From: Octopus sinensis
Taxonomy: Eukaryota
DNA length: 64,000 nucleotides
NCBI RefSeq assembly: GCF_006345805.1
Contig: NC_043001.1
Coordinates: 128,216,001 to 128,280,000 of the forward strand
Direction: 5' to 3'
Below the pieces are notes generated by a model. The model was not told the origin of the DNA. It did not search any database and was given only the letters and a program-made list of their open reading frames with translations. This document shows positions 49,207 to 63,091 of the stretch, one piece after another; position 1 is the stretch's first letter; the number at the start of each line of letters is the position of its first letter. The translations under genes and the position numbers were made by a program.

Positions 49207-49987
49207 GGAGTTAAACGCATGTGTTATTCAAATTCTTTTAATTCCGACACGTTTCAAAGATATCACTGGTATTATATACATTAGTCTGTTTTGGAGAAAT
49301 TTTATAGTCTGTACCTTGTTTTAAATCATTGGTAATGGTGTGCATGTGTAAGTGAGAGAGAGAGAGAGAGGGAGAGAAACTATATACATACATCGACACA
49401 CACACACATATAAATGTATCTATGTATGTATGTATATGACATATTATACACACACACACTCATACACACACACACACACTCATACACACACACACTCATA
49501 CACACACACACACACACATAAATATATCTATATATATATCCATCTATCTATTAAAAGTTAGCAACATTTTGTATTTATTCTGTGTTTTAACTCTTCCACT
49601 GGCGTCTGTAGATCACTATAGAAAGTCAGCGTTAATTGAATTATCAACAAGCTACTGCATTTATCTGTAGCCAAGTAAAACCATCCACATTTATTTTGTT
49701 GATAAAATGAAAATATATATAAAGAATATCTATTGATTATCTTGAAATATCATATTTTGCCCTCCACTTCATCCCTATATGTACACATGGAATCATTAAG
49801 ACATACAGCAAAGATGAAGAGTCCAGAATATAGGAGATCAGTTAACTGTAGTCTTATAATGCTAAGAGCTTCCCATATGTCTTAACTGATACCATAACTG
49901 TGGCAGTTTAGTCTGTTTGGGAGAAATTTTATAATCTGTAACTTGCTTTAAATCATTGGTGATGGTGCGTGTGTGTGAGAGAGAGAA

Positions 49988-50018
<31 letters not shown>

Positions 50019-50916
50019 CTATATACATACATCGACACACACACACATATAAGTGTATGTATGTATGTATGTATGTATGTAGGTAAAGTTAATCCAACAA
50101 GAAAGCACAAAAAAACACAACAACACGAGGACGTGGAACAAATATAGTATTATTGGACGCTCAGGAAAGAAGGAAAGAAGGAGGGTTTAACGTTTCGAGT
50201 GGAGCACTTAGTCGGAAACATAGGAGAAGGAAAGATCCAGAGAAGGGAAGACAGAGGAAAAAAAATCGCCAACGGTGCACACGTGGTCACATTTTGAATG
50301 ACTGGAATGTATGTATGTATCAATCTCTCTAGTTCTGGTGCTATGATAAAATGTATTCCAAAAACTTCCAGTCTATAAAGTGGTTGGTGTTAGGAAGGGC
50401 ATCCAGTTGTAGTGACTACTTCAGAAATGTAATCCACAAGTGACCTACTTCTCTTTTCCAAACAATCATGCGAAATTGATTCTTCAACTTACCTTTTGCT
50501 TTATGGAGCTACCAAGGTACCTCATTGTCATCATCTATCCCTTGCAGCTCCTACTATCTATTTTCTCTTTCTCTCCCCTACTCCTACTAGATGTGTGTGA
50601 GTAGCCCTGCAAATACTATACAAGAACCTGCACTGCCCCCCATCCAATCCACCAAGTTTTCAAAGTCTAATCCCCTTGTCCACTAGCATGAATTTGACCC
50701 CTACACTGGGTTTGTTGTTCTGTGAGCTGCAAGGTGATCTCAATAGCACAGGTGACATGAAAAATGCATCCAGTCTGTGCTGTAAAGTAATTGGTATCAG
50801 GAAGGGCATCCAGCCATAGAAACCATGCCAGAACAGACATTGGAGCATGATGCAGTCATAGGACACATTCATTTCTGTATACCAGCCAACTTGTGCCAGC
50901 ATAGAACTCATTAAAA

Positions 50917-50948
<32 letters not shown>

Positions 50949-51494
50949 CGATGATGAAGTGAGATATGGTTCTCTGATCCATTGAGGAATGAAGATATTC
51001 TACATTGAAAACTGACTCACACCGTGATTAGTTGTCAAACCCATTATGATAATGAATATATAATTATCTATTTATCTGCATCTATCTATCTGTCTGTCTG
51101 TCTGTGTGTATGTATGTATGTATGTATGCATGTAGGTATGTATATATTCTATGCTTCATTAATAGTTTCATCACCATCCAATGTGCTTCATTAATATCTT
51201 TATTTCACACATGCACCCACACACAGAGGTTCCCATATCTTCACACACCTGTCTTCACACAAGCCATCTAATAACCTGAGGTGGAATCAAAATGTTTCCA
51301 GACTAGTTCTGTAGAACGCCAACAGTACTTATTCTGTCAGTCTTTTTGCACATGACTGGTAAGTAATGAGAAGTGAGAGACAAACATAAATCTGTTTGTC
51401 TGCATATGTGTGCATGCGCACGGGGGTATGTGTGCATGCATGCATGTGTGTATGTATCTATACACACACACACGCACACACACATGTGTGCCAT

Positions 51495-51662
51495 AATAAC
51501 GTTGGACTGCATACCTGTAATAATAAATTTCAAGTCTTTGAAAATATTGGGTGCAATTGTTTAGACAAAATATCTTGTCCGCTTTCTGGTCAATGTCTAG
51601 CAGAAAATGTGATTTACAAATGTGATGTTGTGACAGAGACCAATACTTATACATATATTGGT
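51495..51662 (+). pseudogene. Penelope-like element GIY-YIG endonuclease fragment
   Basis: CNCLDKISCPLSGQCLAENVIYKCDVVTETNTYTYIG: Cys-rich linker plus VIY...YIG motif. Confidence 0.75.
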
Positions 51663-52553
51663 TGCTCTTTCTGTGCAGTGCCCCAACATGGCCACAGTCC
51701 AGTGACAAAAACAACTAAAAGAATCAAAGAACTCTATATCATATCATCGATATTTTCTGTTTCTGAGATGGTGAGCTGGCAGAAATGTTAGCACACCATG
51801 GAAATGCTTAGCGGTATTTTGTCTGTCATTATGCTCTGAGTTCAAATTCCGCTGAGGTCAACTTTGCCTTTTATTCTTTTGGGGTCAATAAATTAAATAC
51901 AAGTTGTGTACTGGGGTCAATCTAATTGACTGGCCCCCTCTCCCAAAATTTTGGGCCTTGTGCCTAGAGTAGAAAAGAATATTTTCTGTTGTTGTATATT
52001 TCAGCTCACTATAACATGACAATACTCAGAATTCCAACTGAGATTTTATAAAAAAATACAGAAAAGTTAAATATATATTTATGAAACAAAGCCAAGTTGA
52101 ATGAAATACGAAAAGAACATTTATAGTTAAAAAGAGAAAAAGAAAAAACTTTTCAAGATATTTTTGTAATGGTATATAAATTGCTGAATGAAAAAAAAGA
52201 AGAGCAAAAAGGATGAAGGAAAGATAAATGATGGATTTAATTTAACAGAAAATCTGAAAAATACCATTGTCTTCTGTTTTAACAAATAAGGGAGAAGAAA
52301 GAGTAAAACAAGGAGGGAGAAGAGAGAGACTGAGAGAGATTCAAAGCAAAATTGACAAAAACAGAAGAGAGAGAGAGAGAGAGAGGAGAGAGTATTTCTT
52401 TATTCACCATAAGTTTGAGAAAAAGAGGGGACAAAACAAACGTTGGGGTCAGGGTATCGAATGAGACGAAACGTATGAATAAACAAACAATTAAAATATA
52501 TACAATTAAATGAGAATGAGTGAATAACAAAAAATGAAGCGGAGGACGTAGTT

Positions 52554-52594
<41 letters not shown>

Positions 52595-53342
52595 GAGAGA
52601 GAAATAAAGGGATTTGTGGGAAAATGGACAAACAGTAAGAAAGAAAGAGAGAAGGAACAGACAAACAGAGCAAGACAGATACACAAACAGAGAGATAGAG
52701 AGAGAGAAGGAGGGAGGGAGATTCATAGTAAAATGAACTCACACACACACACAGAGAAAAAAGCAGAGATAGGATACATAAAAAGATAGAAAGAGAGATA
52801 TTGGTTTCAAATTCTGGCACAAGGCCAGCAGTGTTGAATTCATACTTATTTTATCAACCCCCAAAAGGATGAAAGGCAAAGTCGACCCTAGCATAATTTG
52901 AACTCAGAATGTGAAGACGGATGAAATGCTGCTAAGCATTTTGCTCAGTGCAGTAACAGTTCAGCCAGCTCACCATCTTTAGAAAGAGAGATGCTGAGAG
53001 AGAAAGATGAGTGATTCAGAGGAAAATAGATGAAAGTATGATGGAAGAGAACGAAAGAGATAAAGTGTCATAACTGTTTAGGTTGGTGGGAAATTACTGA
53101 GGAATTCTTTTTCATGCAGTACATCAAGGGGTTACTGTTTTGAATCAAAGGCATTCCAGCTGTGACCATCCAGTCTTTTTCTGAGGTAAAGTGCACTTGG
53201 AATTGTATGTGTGTATGTCTATGAATAAACACATACACACGCATGTGCACACACACACACACGCATGTGAACACACACACACACCACACAGAGGAGCAGG
53301 CATGACTGTGTGGTAAGAAGAGACAAATAGAATAGGTACCAG

Positions 53343-53930
53343 CAGTGGAGGACTGTAATCTTCTCTGATGAAAGTCGATATTGCATTTCTGTGGCAGATG
53401 GCAGGGCTATGGTTTGGAGAAGAAGGGTCAATGGCTGTATGGTGAAGAGAGACTCATGGGGAAGACAGAGCATCACGCGATGGGGTGGGATTGCACTCAA
53501 CCAGAAACTTGGACTGGTGGTCCTCCAAAACACCAGCCAAGGCTGGGGCCATGGAGTAACCACTGCTTGCTACATTGACCAAGTGTTGAGGCCTCACAAT
53601 GTGTCATAATTTGCCCCTCGTCAGAATCATGTGTTCCAACATGACAACGCCCGTGCTCAGACTGCCAGGTTGACAACAGACTTCCTCCAACAGCACAACA
53701 TCCAGACACTGCTATGCCCTGCCCTAAGTCCAAACTTGAACCCCATAGAGCACCTGTGGGATGAAATCCAAAGAAGGTTAAGTGACATCTGTCTAAGGCT
53801 GACAACTGCAGCACAACTCACTGTAAACTTTTACAGAGTGTGGGCTGCTATTTCCATGGCCTTCATAACTGTATGGTGCATTCAATGTACAGAAGATGCC
53901 TGGTGGTAATCAACGTTAATGGTGGTAACA
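53343..53930 (+). pseudogene. Tc1 (DD34E) transposase catalytic domain remnant
   Basis: One frame with a stop at 53607-53609: WRTVIFSDESR...FQHDNARAQ...SPNLNPIEHLWDEI; the D-to-E spacing counts to 34. Confidence 0.9.
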
Positions 53931-54019
53931 TGAGATATTGAGTTAATCTTTTTGGATCTAGGACACTCCATCATCACGTGACACCATGTGACATCAAATA
54001 TGTTTCAGGAAATGACATT

Positions 54020-54388
54020 TTATGCTAACCAGCCACATGGTTCCGGGTTCAGTCCCACTGCGTGGCATCTTGGGCAAGTGTCTTCTGCTATAGCCCCGGG
54101 CCGACCAATGCCTTGTGAGTGGATTTGGTAGACGGAAACTGAAAGAAGCCTGTCGTATATATGTATATATATATGTGTGTGTGTTTGTGTGTCTGTGTTT
54201 GTTCCCCTAGCATTGCTTGACAACCGATGCTGGTGTGTTTACGTCCCCGTCACTTAGCGGTTCGGCAAAAGAGACCGATAGAATAAGTACTGGGCTTACA
54301 AAAGAATAAGTCCCGGGGTCGATTTGCTCGACTAAAGGCGGTGCTCCAGCATGGCCGCAGTCAAATGACTGAAACAAGTAAAAGAGTA
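54020..54388 (+). mobile_element. SINE family 1, + orientation
   Basis: Consensus match ending gactgaaacaagtaaaagagt. Confidence 0.88.
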
Positions 54389-54899
54389 AGGCTTTGAATA
54401 TGCATACATGTACAGAGAGAGGGAGGGAGGAGGGGGAGAGTAATAATGTATATCATACCAAATCATACAAAGTGTGATATTATAGAAAAAGAAAAAAAAT
54501 GTCTCCAAAATGTCTCTATAGAAGTGCATTATTTTTTATCTGTCTACATTCTGCAAGTGAAGAACTTCAAAGACATCAAATATTGGAAAGAAGTTTAAAT
54601 GAGATTTCTACCCGCTGTTACTGTTGGCACTGCCGTTTCTTTCTTTGGTGATTCTGTGATTTTCTATTGTTCTTTTTTTGTTTTTGCTTTTTTTTATGCT
54701 TTACTTTGGTTTACCTTGGTTTCATTTTGCTTTTCTCATTTCCGTCCTTTATATATATATATATATATATTTGCGTGTATATATATGCATGTATTCATGT
54801 ATGTATTTATATATCAACACACACACACACACACACACATATATATTATATATATATATATATATATACTAATCGAAGGGATAAGTAAAACCCATGCAA

Positions 54900-55169
54900 T
54901 CACCCCAGTAACACTTCACACGCACACACACACACACGCACACACACACACGCACACACACACTCACACACACACGCACAGAGACACAGACACACACACC
55001 ACACACACACACTCACACACACACGCACAGAGACACAGACACACACACACTCACACACACACACAGACACAGACACACACACACTCACACACACACGCAC
55101 AGAGACACAGACACACACACACACACTCACACACACACACTCACACACACACGCACAGAGACACACACA

Positions 55170-55209
<40 letters not shown>

Positions 55210-55260
55210 ACACACACACATTCACACACACAGGCACACACATCTACACTCACACACATG
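54900..55260. repeat. Compound (CA)n microsatellite with acgcacagagacac subunits
   Basis: Direct reading. Confidence 0.95.
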
Positions 55261-55569
55261 TCATATAATTAATGTTGCACAAAGTAGCATTGACTGAAAT
55301 ATATTCATGTAAAATGATAAGGAGAATGTTCAAGTGTGCTCAAACATGAAAATGCCTTTTGCTGCAGAGCTAGTCCTGGGAGAAAATTCTGCTCTTAGAC
55401 ATTGTGTAGAGACACAACCCATCCTGTGCCTTTACACGTATCTAGGTCTAAGATGAGATTTTATTTTTCCTTAGGACTAGCTCCACAGCAAAAAGACTTG
55501 TCCCATCCAAGTGCAATTGAACATAATGAATGCGATTATACATGAACATATATATATAGATGTAAAGGG

Positions 55570-55905
55570 GTAAAGACCCTCTTTGGTCATGTATGATCAT
55601 GGGATTGCACCTAGAAAGTTCCCCTCCTTGGCACAAGTCTGAGAAAAAATTGTTTATGGAAGACCAGCAGTCACCCATGTATACCAGCTTCCCTTCTCCA
55701 TGCCACTGATGTTATCCCAGGTAAAGGCAAAGGCCGATACAGCTTGGCACCAGTGACATTGCAACTCATTTCTACAGATGAGTGAACTGGAGCAACATGA
55801 AATAAAATGTCTTGCTCAAGAACACAACACACAGCCCAGTCCAGGAATCGAACACACTACCTCATGATTGTGAGCCTGACGCTCTAATCACTGAGCTATG
55901 CACCT
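55570..55905 (-). mobile_element. tRNA-derived SINE (core H1, tail W)
   Basis: Homologous to 27700-28035. Confidence 0.8.
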
Positions 55906-56221
55906 TAACTTCACTTATATGTATATGTATATATATTATAATTCTACTAATAATTGATTGTTAAAACTTATAATGTTGTTAGAACTTAAAATGTCTGGTA
56001 TTCATAAGCTCTGCTGTTAGATGGTATGAATTCACAGGTATTCTCTAGACTCTCATATAAAACAACAATGTAAATACAAGGTCAAATATTAATTAATGAA
56101 TGACAAAAGAACAAGAGTGATGTAATTACATTCATTAGCTTACAGTTGTTTCAGCTACTGGAACTTGGTACTCAGTAATGAGTGCTAGAGCAACATTGCA
56201 TAATTTCATTGTAGCTTTTAA

Positions 56222-56667
56222 CCCTTTAGTATTTAACCCTTTAGTGTTCGCATTATTCTACCAAAATTAATCCTTTTTTTATCCACAGTGTTTTGAACTA
56301 ATCATGCATTATCTTGTAGTTATGAGATTTTGATGAGGTAGCTGTTAATTTTTAAAACGATATTGTAGGGTTGATGTGAGAGACCAGATCTGGTCAGTTT
56401 GAACATAAAACAGGTAGAATACTTTTGGCTGGATATGACCGGTTTAAATGCTAAAGGGTTAAACCAGCCATATTCAACCAAAATATTCTACCTGTTTTAT
56501 GTTGAAACAGGCCAGATCTAGCCTCTCACATCTACCCTACAATGTCAGTGTAAAAATAAACAATCATATCATCAAAATCTTGAGGTCACAAGCTAATGCA
56601 TAATTAATTCAAAACACTGTGAATAAATAAGCATTACATTTGACAGACAAATCTGTATACTAAAGGG
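56222..56667. mobile_element. piggyBac-type MITE containing a nested, inverted copy of the same family (56237-56458)
   Basis: Outer TTAA|ccctttagt ... taaaggg|TTCA; inner TTAA|ccctttagtg ... gctaaaggg|TTAA. Confidence 0.85.
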
Positions 56668-56714
56668 TTCATGATGTGTTTTATTCTGGAAAGCATTAAC
56701 TATCTAGATATCTG

Positions 56715-56932
56715 TTTCTTTACTACCCACAAGGGGCTACACACAGAGGGGACAAACAAGGACGGACAAACGGATAAACTCGATTACATCAATCTCAGTG
56801 CATAACTGGTACTTAATTTATCGACCCCGAAAGGATGAAAGGCAAAGTCGACCTTGGCGGAATTTGAACTCCAAACGTAACAGCAGACGAAATACGGCTA
56901 CACATTTTGCCTGGCGTGGTAACATTTCTGCC
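56715..56932 (-). mobile_element. SINE family 2
   Basis: tttctttactacccacaaggggct tail and aaagtcgaccttggcggaatttgaac body. Confidence 0.85.
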
Positions 56933-57309
56933 ACTACAGAGTGGTTGGCATTAGGAAGGGCATCCAGCTGTAGAAACTTTGCCAGATCAGATTGGAGTCT
57001 GGTGCAGCCTTCTGGCTCGCCAGTCCTCAGTCAAACCATCTAACCCATGCCAGCAAGGAAAGCAGACGTTAAACGACAATGATGGTGATGATGATGACAG
57101 GTTTCTTTCAGTTTCTGTCTACCAAGTTTTCTCACAAGGCTTTGGTTGGTCTGAGGCTATAGTACAAGACACTTGCCCAAGGTGCCTTACAGTGAGACCG
57201 AACCAGGAACTATGTGGTTGAGAAGCAAGCTTCTTACCACACAGCCACGTCTGTGCCTATATATTAAATATATATATGTGTATGTGTGTGTGTATATATA
57301 TATATATAT

Positions 57310-57603
57310 ATCACGTGATCACGTGACCGACCAGACCATCAGACGTTGTTACACATCGCTGATCACAATGCGTTTGCATTGTTTTAGCCTTCGAATGACG
57401 CCACCCCGCTGGCTAAGCGAGCAGGCCAACAGAAGAAAGAGTGGTGAAAGAGTACAGCAGGGATCACCACCCCCTGCCGGAGCATCGTGGAGCTTTTTAG
57501 GTGTTTTCGCTCAATAAACACTCACAACGCCCGGTTTGGGAATCGAAACCGCGATCCTACAACCGTGAGTCTGCTGCCCTAACCACTGGGCTATTGCGCC
57601 TCC
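57310..57603 (-). mobile_element. tRNA-derived SINE (head H2, tail Y)
   Basis: Reverse complement ggaggcgcaatagcccagtggttaggg...ggtttcgattccc. Confidence 0.85.
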
Positions 57604-57605
57604 AT

Positions 57606-57665
<60 letters not shown>

Positions 57666-57728
57666 CAACCCATGCTAGCATGGAAAGCGGACGTTAAATG
57701 ATGATGATGATGATGATATATATATATA

Positions 57729-58127
57729 TCTTTATATATAAAAGTGAAGTTGTGTGTCTGTCTCCTACGATTTAGATTCCTAACTACTCCCACATTTTGC
57801 GGTGCAGTTTAACCAAAACCGGGTATCTTATAGTCGTGATTCATATCGAGCCCTTCTGGGTATTAGTGCACATCTACGATGAGTCTACGATTTAAAAAAA
57901 AAATTTACCATCATTTTTTCCATTTTAATGCATTTTTTTCGCTATTATATAAGGGAAGTAACTCTCTAAAAATGTCTACGATGAGTCAACGATTTAAAAA
58001 AATATTTACCATAATTTTTTTTCCATTTTTAATGCATTTTTTTGCTATTTTTTTGCTATAACTCTCTAAATATGCTTATATAGTTATTTCCCTTACAAAC
58101 CCGAGCAACGCCGGGCGATACTGCGAG
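57729..58127 (+). mobile_element. Non-autonomous Helitron, same family as 25839-26226
   Basis: A|TC start, cccgagcaacgccggg hairpin, terminal CGAG|T (mutated CTAG). Confidence 0.85.
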
Positions 58128-59015
58128 TATATATATATATATATATATATACATATATGTATATTTAATATACGCATACAAATACACATATTATATGTAT
58201 ACATAAATATCCACACACTGATATGTACATGTATGTGTTTGGATGTGTGTGTGTGTGGGGGGGGGGTTGAGCACGCACGCACACGTTTAAATATGCAAGA
58301 GTGTGAAAGGCATCAGATTATGCTGGATAGCAACAGAGGAGGATAAGTAGTAAGGATGAACAATGGGAGTCAATAACAAGTGGCCTGGAGATGTGGGAGT
58401 GATGATTGTGAGTATAGAAGACGTAATGCTAGCGTATGCAGCACATGCAGATTTAATGTGATCACTTATAAATCATCATCCTAATCGTTTTAACACCCTC
58501 TTTTTCTCATGCTTGCATGTATCAGATGGAGTTTATAGAAGCAGATTTTTCTATGACTGGATCTTTCTTGTTGCCAACCTTAACCTGTTTCCAAGGAAGG
58601 TGATATTTATCCCTGACCAGACATGTTTTCACAGAAAGTTGGAAATGAACAGCACTGCTTGTATGAATGTGACACTTGTTTACAACTATCGCATGTCAAG
58701 AGAAGGCACATGCATGCATGCACACACAAACACACACACAAACACACACACACACATACACATATGTGTGTGTGTATATATATATACATGTATATGTATA
58801 TACACGCACACTCATACATATATGTGTGTATATGTATATATATATATATATCATCATCATCATCATCATCATCATTTAACGTCCGCTTTCCATGCTAGCA
58901 TGGGTTGGACGGTTCAACTGGGGTCTGGGGAGCCTGAAAGCTGCACCAGTCCAGTCAGATCTGGCAGTGTTTCTACAGCTGGATGCCCTTCCTAACGCCA
59001 ACCACTCCGAGAGTG

Positions 59016-59047
<32 letters not shown>

Positions 59048-59104
59048 TAGATAGATAGATTAGATAGATAGATAGATAGATAGATAGATATGTCTCTATT
59101 TATA

Positions 59105-59365
59105 TATGGCCTACTGGTTAGACTGTTGCGCTCATGGTCACTACATTGTGAGTTTGATTCCCAGGTTAGGTGGCACATTATGTTCTGGAGCAAAACACTT
59201 CATTTCACATTGCTCCAGTACCCACTTTCAACTTGAGAAGAATGTTGGCCTGCTCTCCTAGCCAGCAGGGTGGCACCCTTCAAAGGCTCGAACAATGCAA
59301 GGCATATTGTGACCAGTGATGTGTAACACATCTGATAGTCTCGTCAGCCATGTTGTCATGTGATG
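59105..59365 (+). mobile_element. Diverged SINE (core H1, tail Y)
   Basis: gagtttgattccc...gagcaaaacacttcatttcacattgctccagt core followed by ttggcctgct...attgtgaccagtgatgtgtaacacatctgatagtc tail. Confidence 0.65.
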
Positions 59366-59366
59366 T

Positions 59367-59412
<46 letters not shown>

Positions 59413-59490
59413 ATAAATATTAGGGAATAAATCCAAATTTACAGGGAAAACTCAGATTTGGGATTGAATCCAATTTTATAGTAAAATATT

Positions 59491-59605
59491 ATATAATATT
59501 AATTAGAGACAAAACCACTATTTTGCAAATCAAACAATGAAAGACTTAATCCAATATGTATTTTGATTTGCAAAATAGTGGTTTTGTCTCTAATTAATAT
59601 TATAT
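59491..59605. repeat. 44-bp perfect inverted repeat with a 27-nt loop
   Basis: 59491-59534 versus 59562-59605. Confidence 0.9.
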
Positions 59606-59889
59606 ATATATATATATATATCTCACTGTATCGACCAGACTATCAGATGTTGTTATACACTGCTGGTCACAATGCACTTCTTTGCATTGTTGTAGCTTTT
59701 GAGTGATGTCATCCTACCGGCTAGGCAAGCAGACCAACATTCACTCTGAACACGAAGCCAGTCTGTTGCAGAGTTCGCTGTTTATAGCTGAGTGTACTGA
59801 ATTCATGTGAGATGAAGTGTTTTGCTCAAAAACAAAATGTACAGCTGGTTGGCAATCTTTATATACAACTTAATGTAGATGTCTTGTTA

Positions 59890-60292
59890 GAATGCCATAT
59901 GTGGTGGTGGAAGCACTCCGTCGGTTACGACGATGAGGGTTCCGGTTGATCCGAATCAACGGAACAGCCTGCTCGTGAAATTAATGTGTAAGTGGCTGAG
60001 CACTCCACAGACACGTGCACCCTTAACGTAGTTCTCGGGGATATTCAGCATGACACAGAGAGTGACAAGGCCGGCCCCTTGAAATACAGGTACAACAGAA
60101 ACAGGAAGTAAGAGTGAGAGAAAGTTGTGGTGAAAGAGTACAGCAGGGATCACCACCATCCCCTGCCAGAGCCTCGTGGAGCTTTTAGGTGTTTTCGTTC
60201 AATAAACACTCACAACACCCGGTCTGGGAATCGAAACCGCGATCCTATGACCCCGAGTCCGCTGCCCTAACCACTGGGCCATTGCGCCTCCT
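59890..60292 (-). mobile_element. tRNA-derived SINE (head H2, tail Z)
   Basis: Head as at 57603; tail as at 11950-12118 (ccccgagaactacgttaagggt...gtcgtaaccgacggag). Confidence 0.85.
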
Positions 60293-60834
60293 TATACTGT
60301 GGTATTCACCTTGAAAGGTCCTCTCATGTAGATGCATGGTGCGTAAAAAGATAGACAGAGAGCTTTAGTAGATGGAATTTTTCTGGTATGACCCATGGAA
60401 CTGCCAAATCGTGTGATTTCAGTGTATAGTACTTCCTTAGTGTCAAGTGTCTCATGACCATGTTCCAGCCTAATCTTGCTGCTATGATATATAATAGAGT
60501 TACAGTGTCTTTTCAGCCACTGATTTTGGAAATAGCACATAGGTTTCATCATCATCATCAATATCGTTTAATGTCCGTTTTCCATGCTAGCATGGGTTGG
60601 ACGGTTCAACTGGGGTCTGGGAAGCCAGGAGGCTGTGCCAGGCCCAGTCTTGTCTGGCAGTGTTTCTACAGCTGGATGCCCTTCCTAACGCCAACCACTC
60701 CGTGAGTGTAGTGAGTGCTTTTTACGTGCCACCTGCACAGGTGCCAGACGAGGCTGGCAAACGGCCAAGATCGGATGGTGCTTTTTACGTGCTACCTGCA
60801 CGGGGCCCAGACGTGGCTGGCAATGGCCACAAAA

Positions 60835-61550
60835 AGAAAATGACTCTCCCCAGACACAATAGAATTATTGTAATGTGTCCAAAGAAAAAATGAAAAACAT
60901 CTACAATGATATCTTAGCTAAGATAAGGGAAAACCAAATGCTAAGAGAGAGTTACTTATTATTGTCAAAGGTGCCACATAATACTGAACCATGCATACTT
61001 CCCAACTATACAGCCAACCTGTTCCTAATGGGCAGGAGAAATAGTGTAGCAAAAATGAAAGGGATTGAGTATTGGAGAGATGAGAGTATGTTGCATAGGT
61101 CCAGAGATGTCCCAAGTTATATTGGTTTCAAATTTTGGCACAAAGCCAGCAATTCCAGGGAAGTGGGTAAGTCAATTATACCCACCCCACTTCTCAAATG
61201 GTATTTATTTTATCAAACCCGAAAGGCTGAAAGGCAAAGTCAACCCCAGTAGAATTTCATTCCAGTTCACCAAAGCAATGTGATTTTGATTGAACTCTCT
61301 ATGCCATATGAAAGTAGAATAGAAGAAATACGTGTTCAAGACCACTCTGGCCAACTTCCAGGCCAAGGTTCTTCTTATAAAGGTTGAAGCCAGAGGTTTT
61401 GTGGGCAAATCTGCTTACTATCTAATGAAATAATTCTCAGTCTCTGGAAGGAACAGGACCAAAGCCCTAAAGGCTATATCAAAGACAATGGGGAGTTGTT
61501 CCAGCTGAATCTGGTCGAGGAACCCCCAAAACGTCCTCCATACCGTTTTA
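60835..61550 (+). pseudogene. Restriction-like endonuclease non-LTR retrotransposon remnant (HERO/NeSL/R4-like), split by a SINE family 2 fragment (about 61125-61262)
   Basis: Broken frames RHNRII, ILIELSMPYESRIEE and KVEARGFVGKSAY match the RHN / IELTVPWE / EVGCRGF motif order of RLE domains. Confidence 0.65.
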
Positions 61551-62922
61551 AGGCAATATTTTTGTACTAATCACTAAGGGAAGTAACTCTAAGTGAATCA
61601 TTGTGTTAGTGTTGATATTTCATTGCTACCGTGTCAATCAATGTTATTTCCTATTTAAGTTTGAAAGCTGAGTCAATAAAGAAAAGATACAACTATATGA
61701 AGTCTCCAAGTGGTTTAAATGCACAAGTCTCCAGTATCCAAGTGGCTAAAAAGTGTCAATGGAAGGGCACCCAGTAGTCATGATCTGGATGCAGCCTGGC
61801 TCCTTTTGAGTGTAAGAAGTTCAAGGCCAAAACACTTGCCTGAGCAGGGTTTCTTCTCTGAGGACCTTCTGCTGTTCAGCTCTTTTGATCAAAGTTTCGT
61901 ACTACTACATGTTGAACTTCAGAAAAGTCTTGCATATTTTCACCATTCCACTTACAGATTATACTTGTAATGTTAGCTGGGGTTTTTTTTTTTACCAGAT
62001 CTTAGCTCTTCATGATTATCACTTAAACATATACTAATATAGCTAAGTATTATAGTATTTGATAGTATAACTGTGAATTTATATCAATAGTTATTGACTT
62101 CTGTACATGACGGTATAGTGTCCTGGTGATGGGGGAAAGAAAAAGAGTAAGATGAAGAGAAAATAGCATATGTTAAAAAAAGACATATCAGGAGAGAAAT
62201 GGGAAGAGAAAGAGAAAAAGAGAGAAAGAGAGAAGGAGAAGAGGAGAGAGAAATGTTTGTTTGTGTATGTGTGTGTGTGTATGCATGCGTGTGTGTGTAT
62301 GTGTGTGTGCGTGTGTGTGTTTGTGTGTGTGCATGTGTGTGTGTTTGTGTGTGTGCGTGTGTGTGTGTGCGTGCGTGCGTGCTTGTGTGTGCATGTTTAA
62401 GTGGATATTAGTGAACATGTATGCAGGAAGGACTGAGAAGGAAGAAAAAGAAGAGAACAAATAGAGATAAGTAGAAAGACAAAAGGGAAAAAGTGAAAGT
62501 AAAATATTGTTTAAATTATTAGCAGTTTGCTTTCACTTTATTTGTGTCACTAATGCCATCAAGAAAGGGCATGATTGTTATATCATCAATATTATATTCT
62601 CCTCTCAACCATAAGACTCAAAGCAGGGCCTTGCATCCATGTGAAAAATCAATACCAGTAGATTTGAAATCAAACAAGCATTAGATCATTTCCAGTTTAG
62701 CAAAGCCGAGAGAATTATAGATCTATTGATAAAATTCACATTTGTTGTTTCAAGGAATTGACATTCTCAGTAATTGTGCTGGGTCTATATAATTTAGCTT
62801 TTGTATTAATTATCAGTTCAATAGACAGTAGGTTAAGCTGTGCTATAAAGATATGGAGCAGAGGCAAGTATATACATGTGTGGTCAAGTATATATATGTG
62901 TGGCAAGTATATATATGTGTGA

Positions 62923-62967
<45 letters not shown>

Positions 62968-63091
62968 GTCAGTGTACAAGAGACCTGATGGTGGGGAAAC
63001 CACAGATGGATTCCTTACAGACAAGGAGCAAGGGCTTTAAATATTCAATGAGTTAGTGGAATAAGTGTATTGTTAGCAGACAAATGTATGT

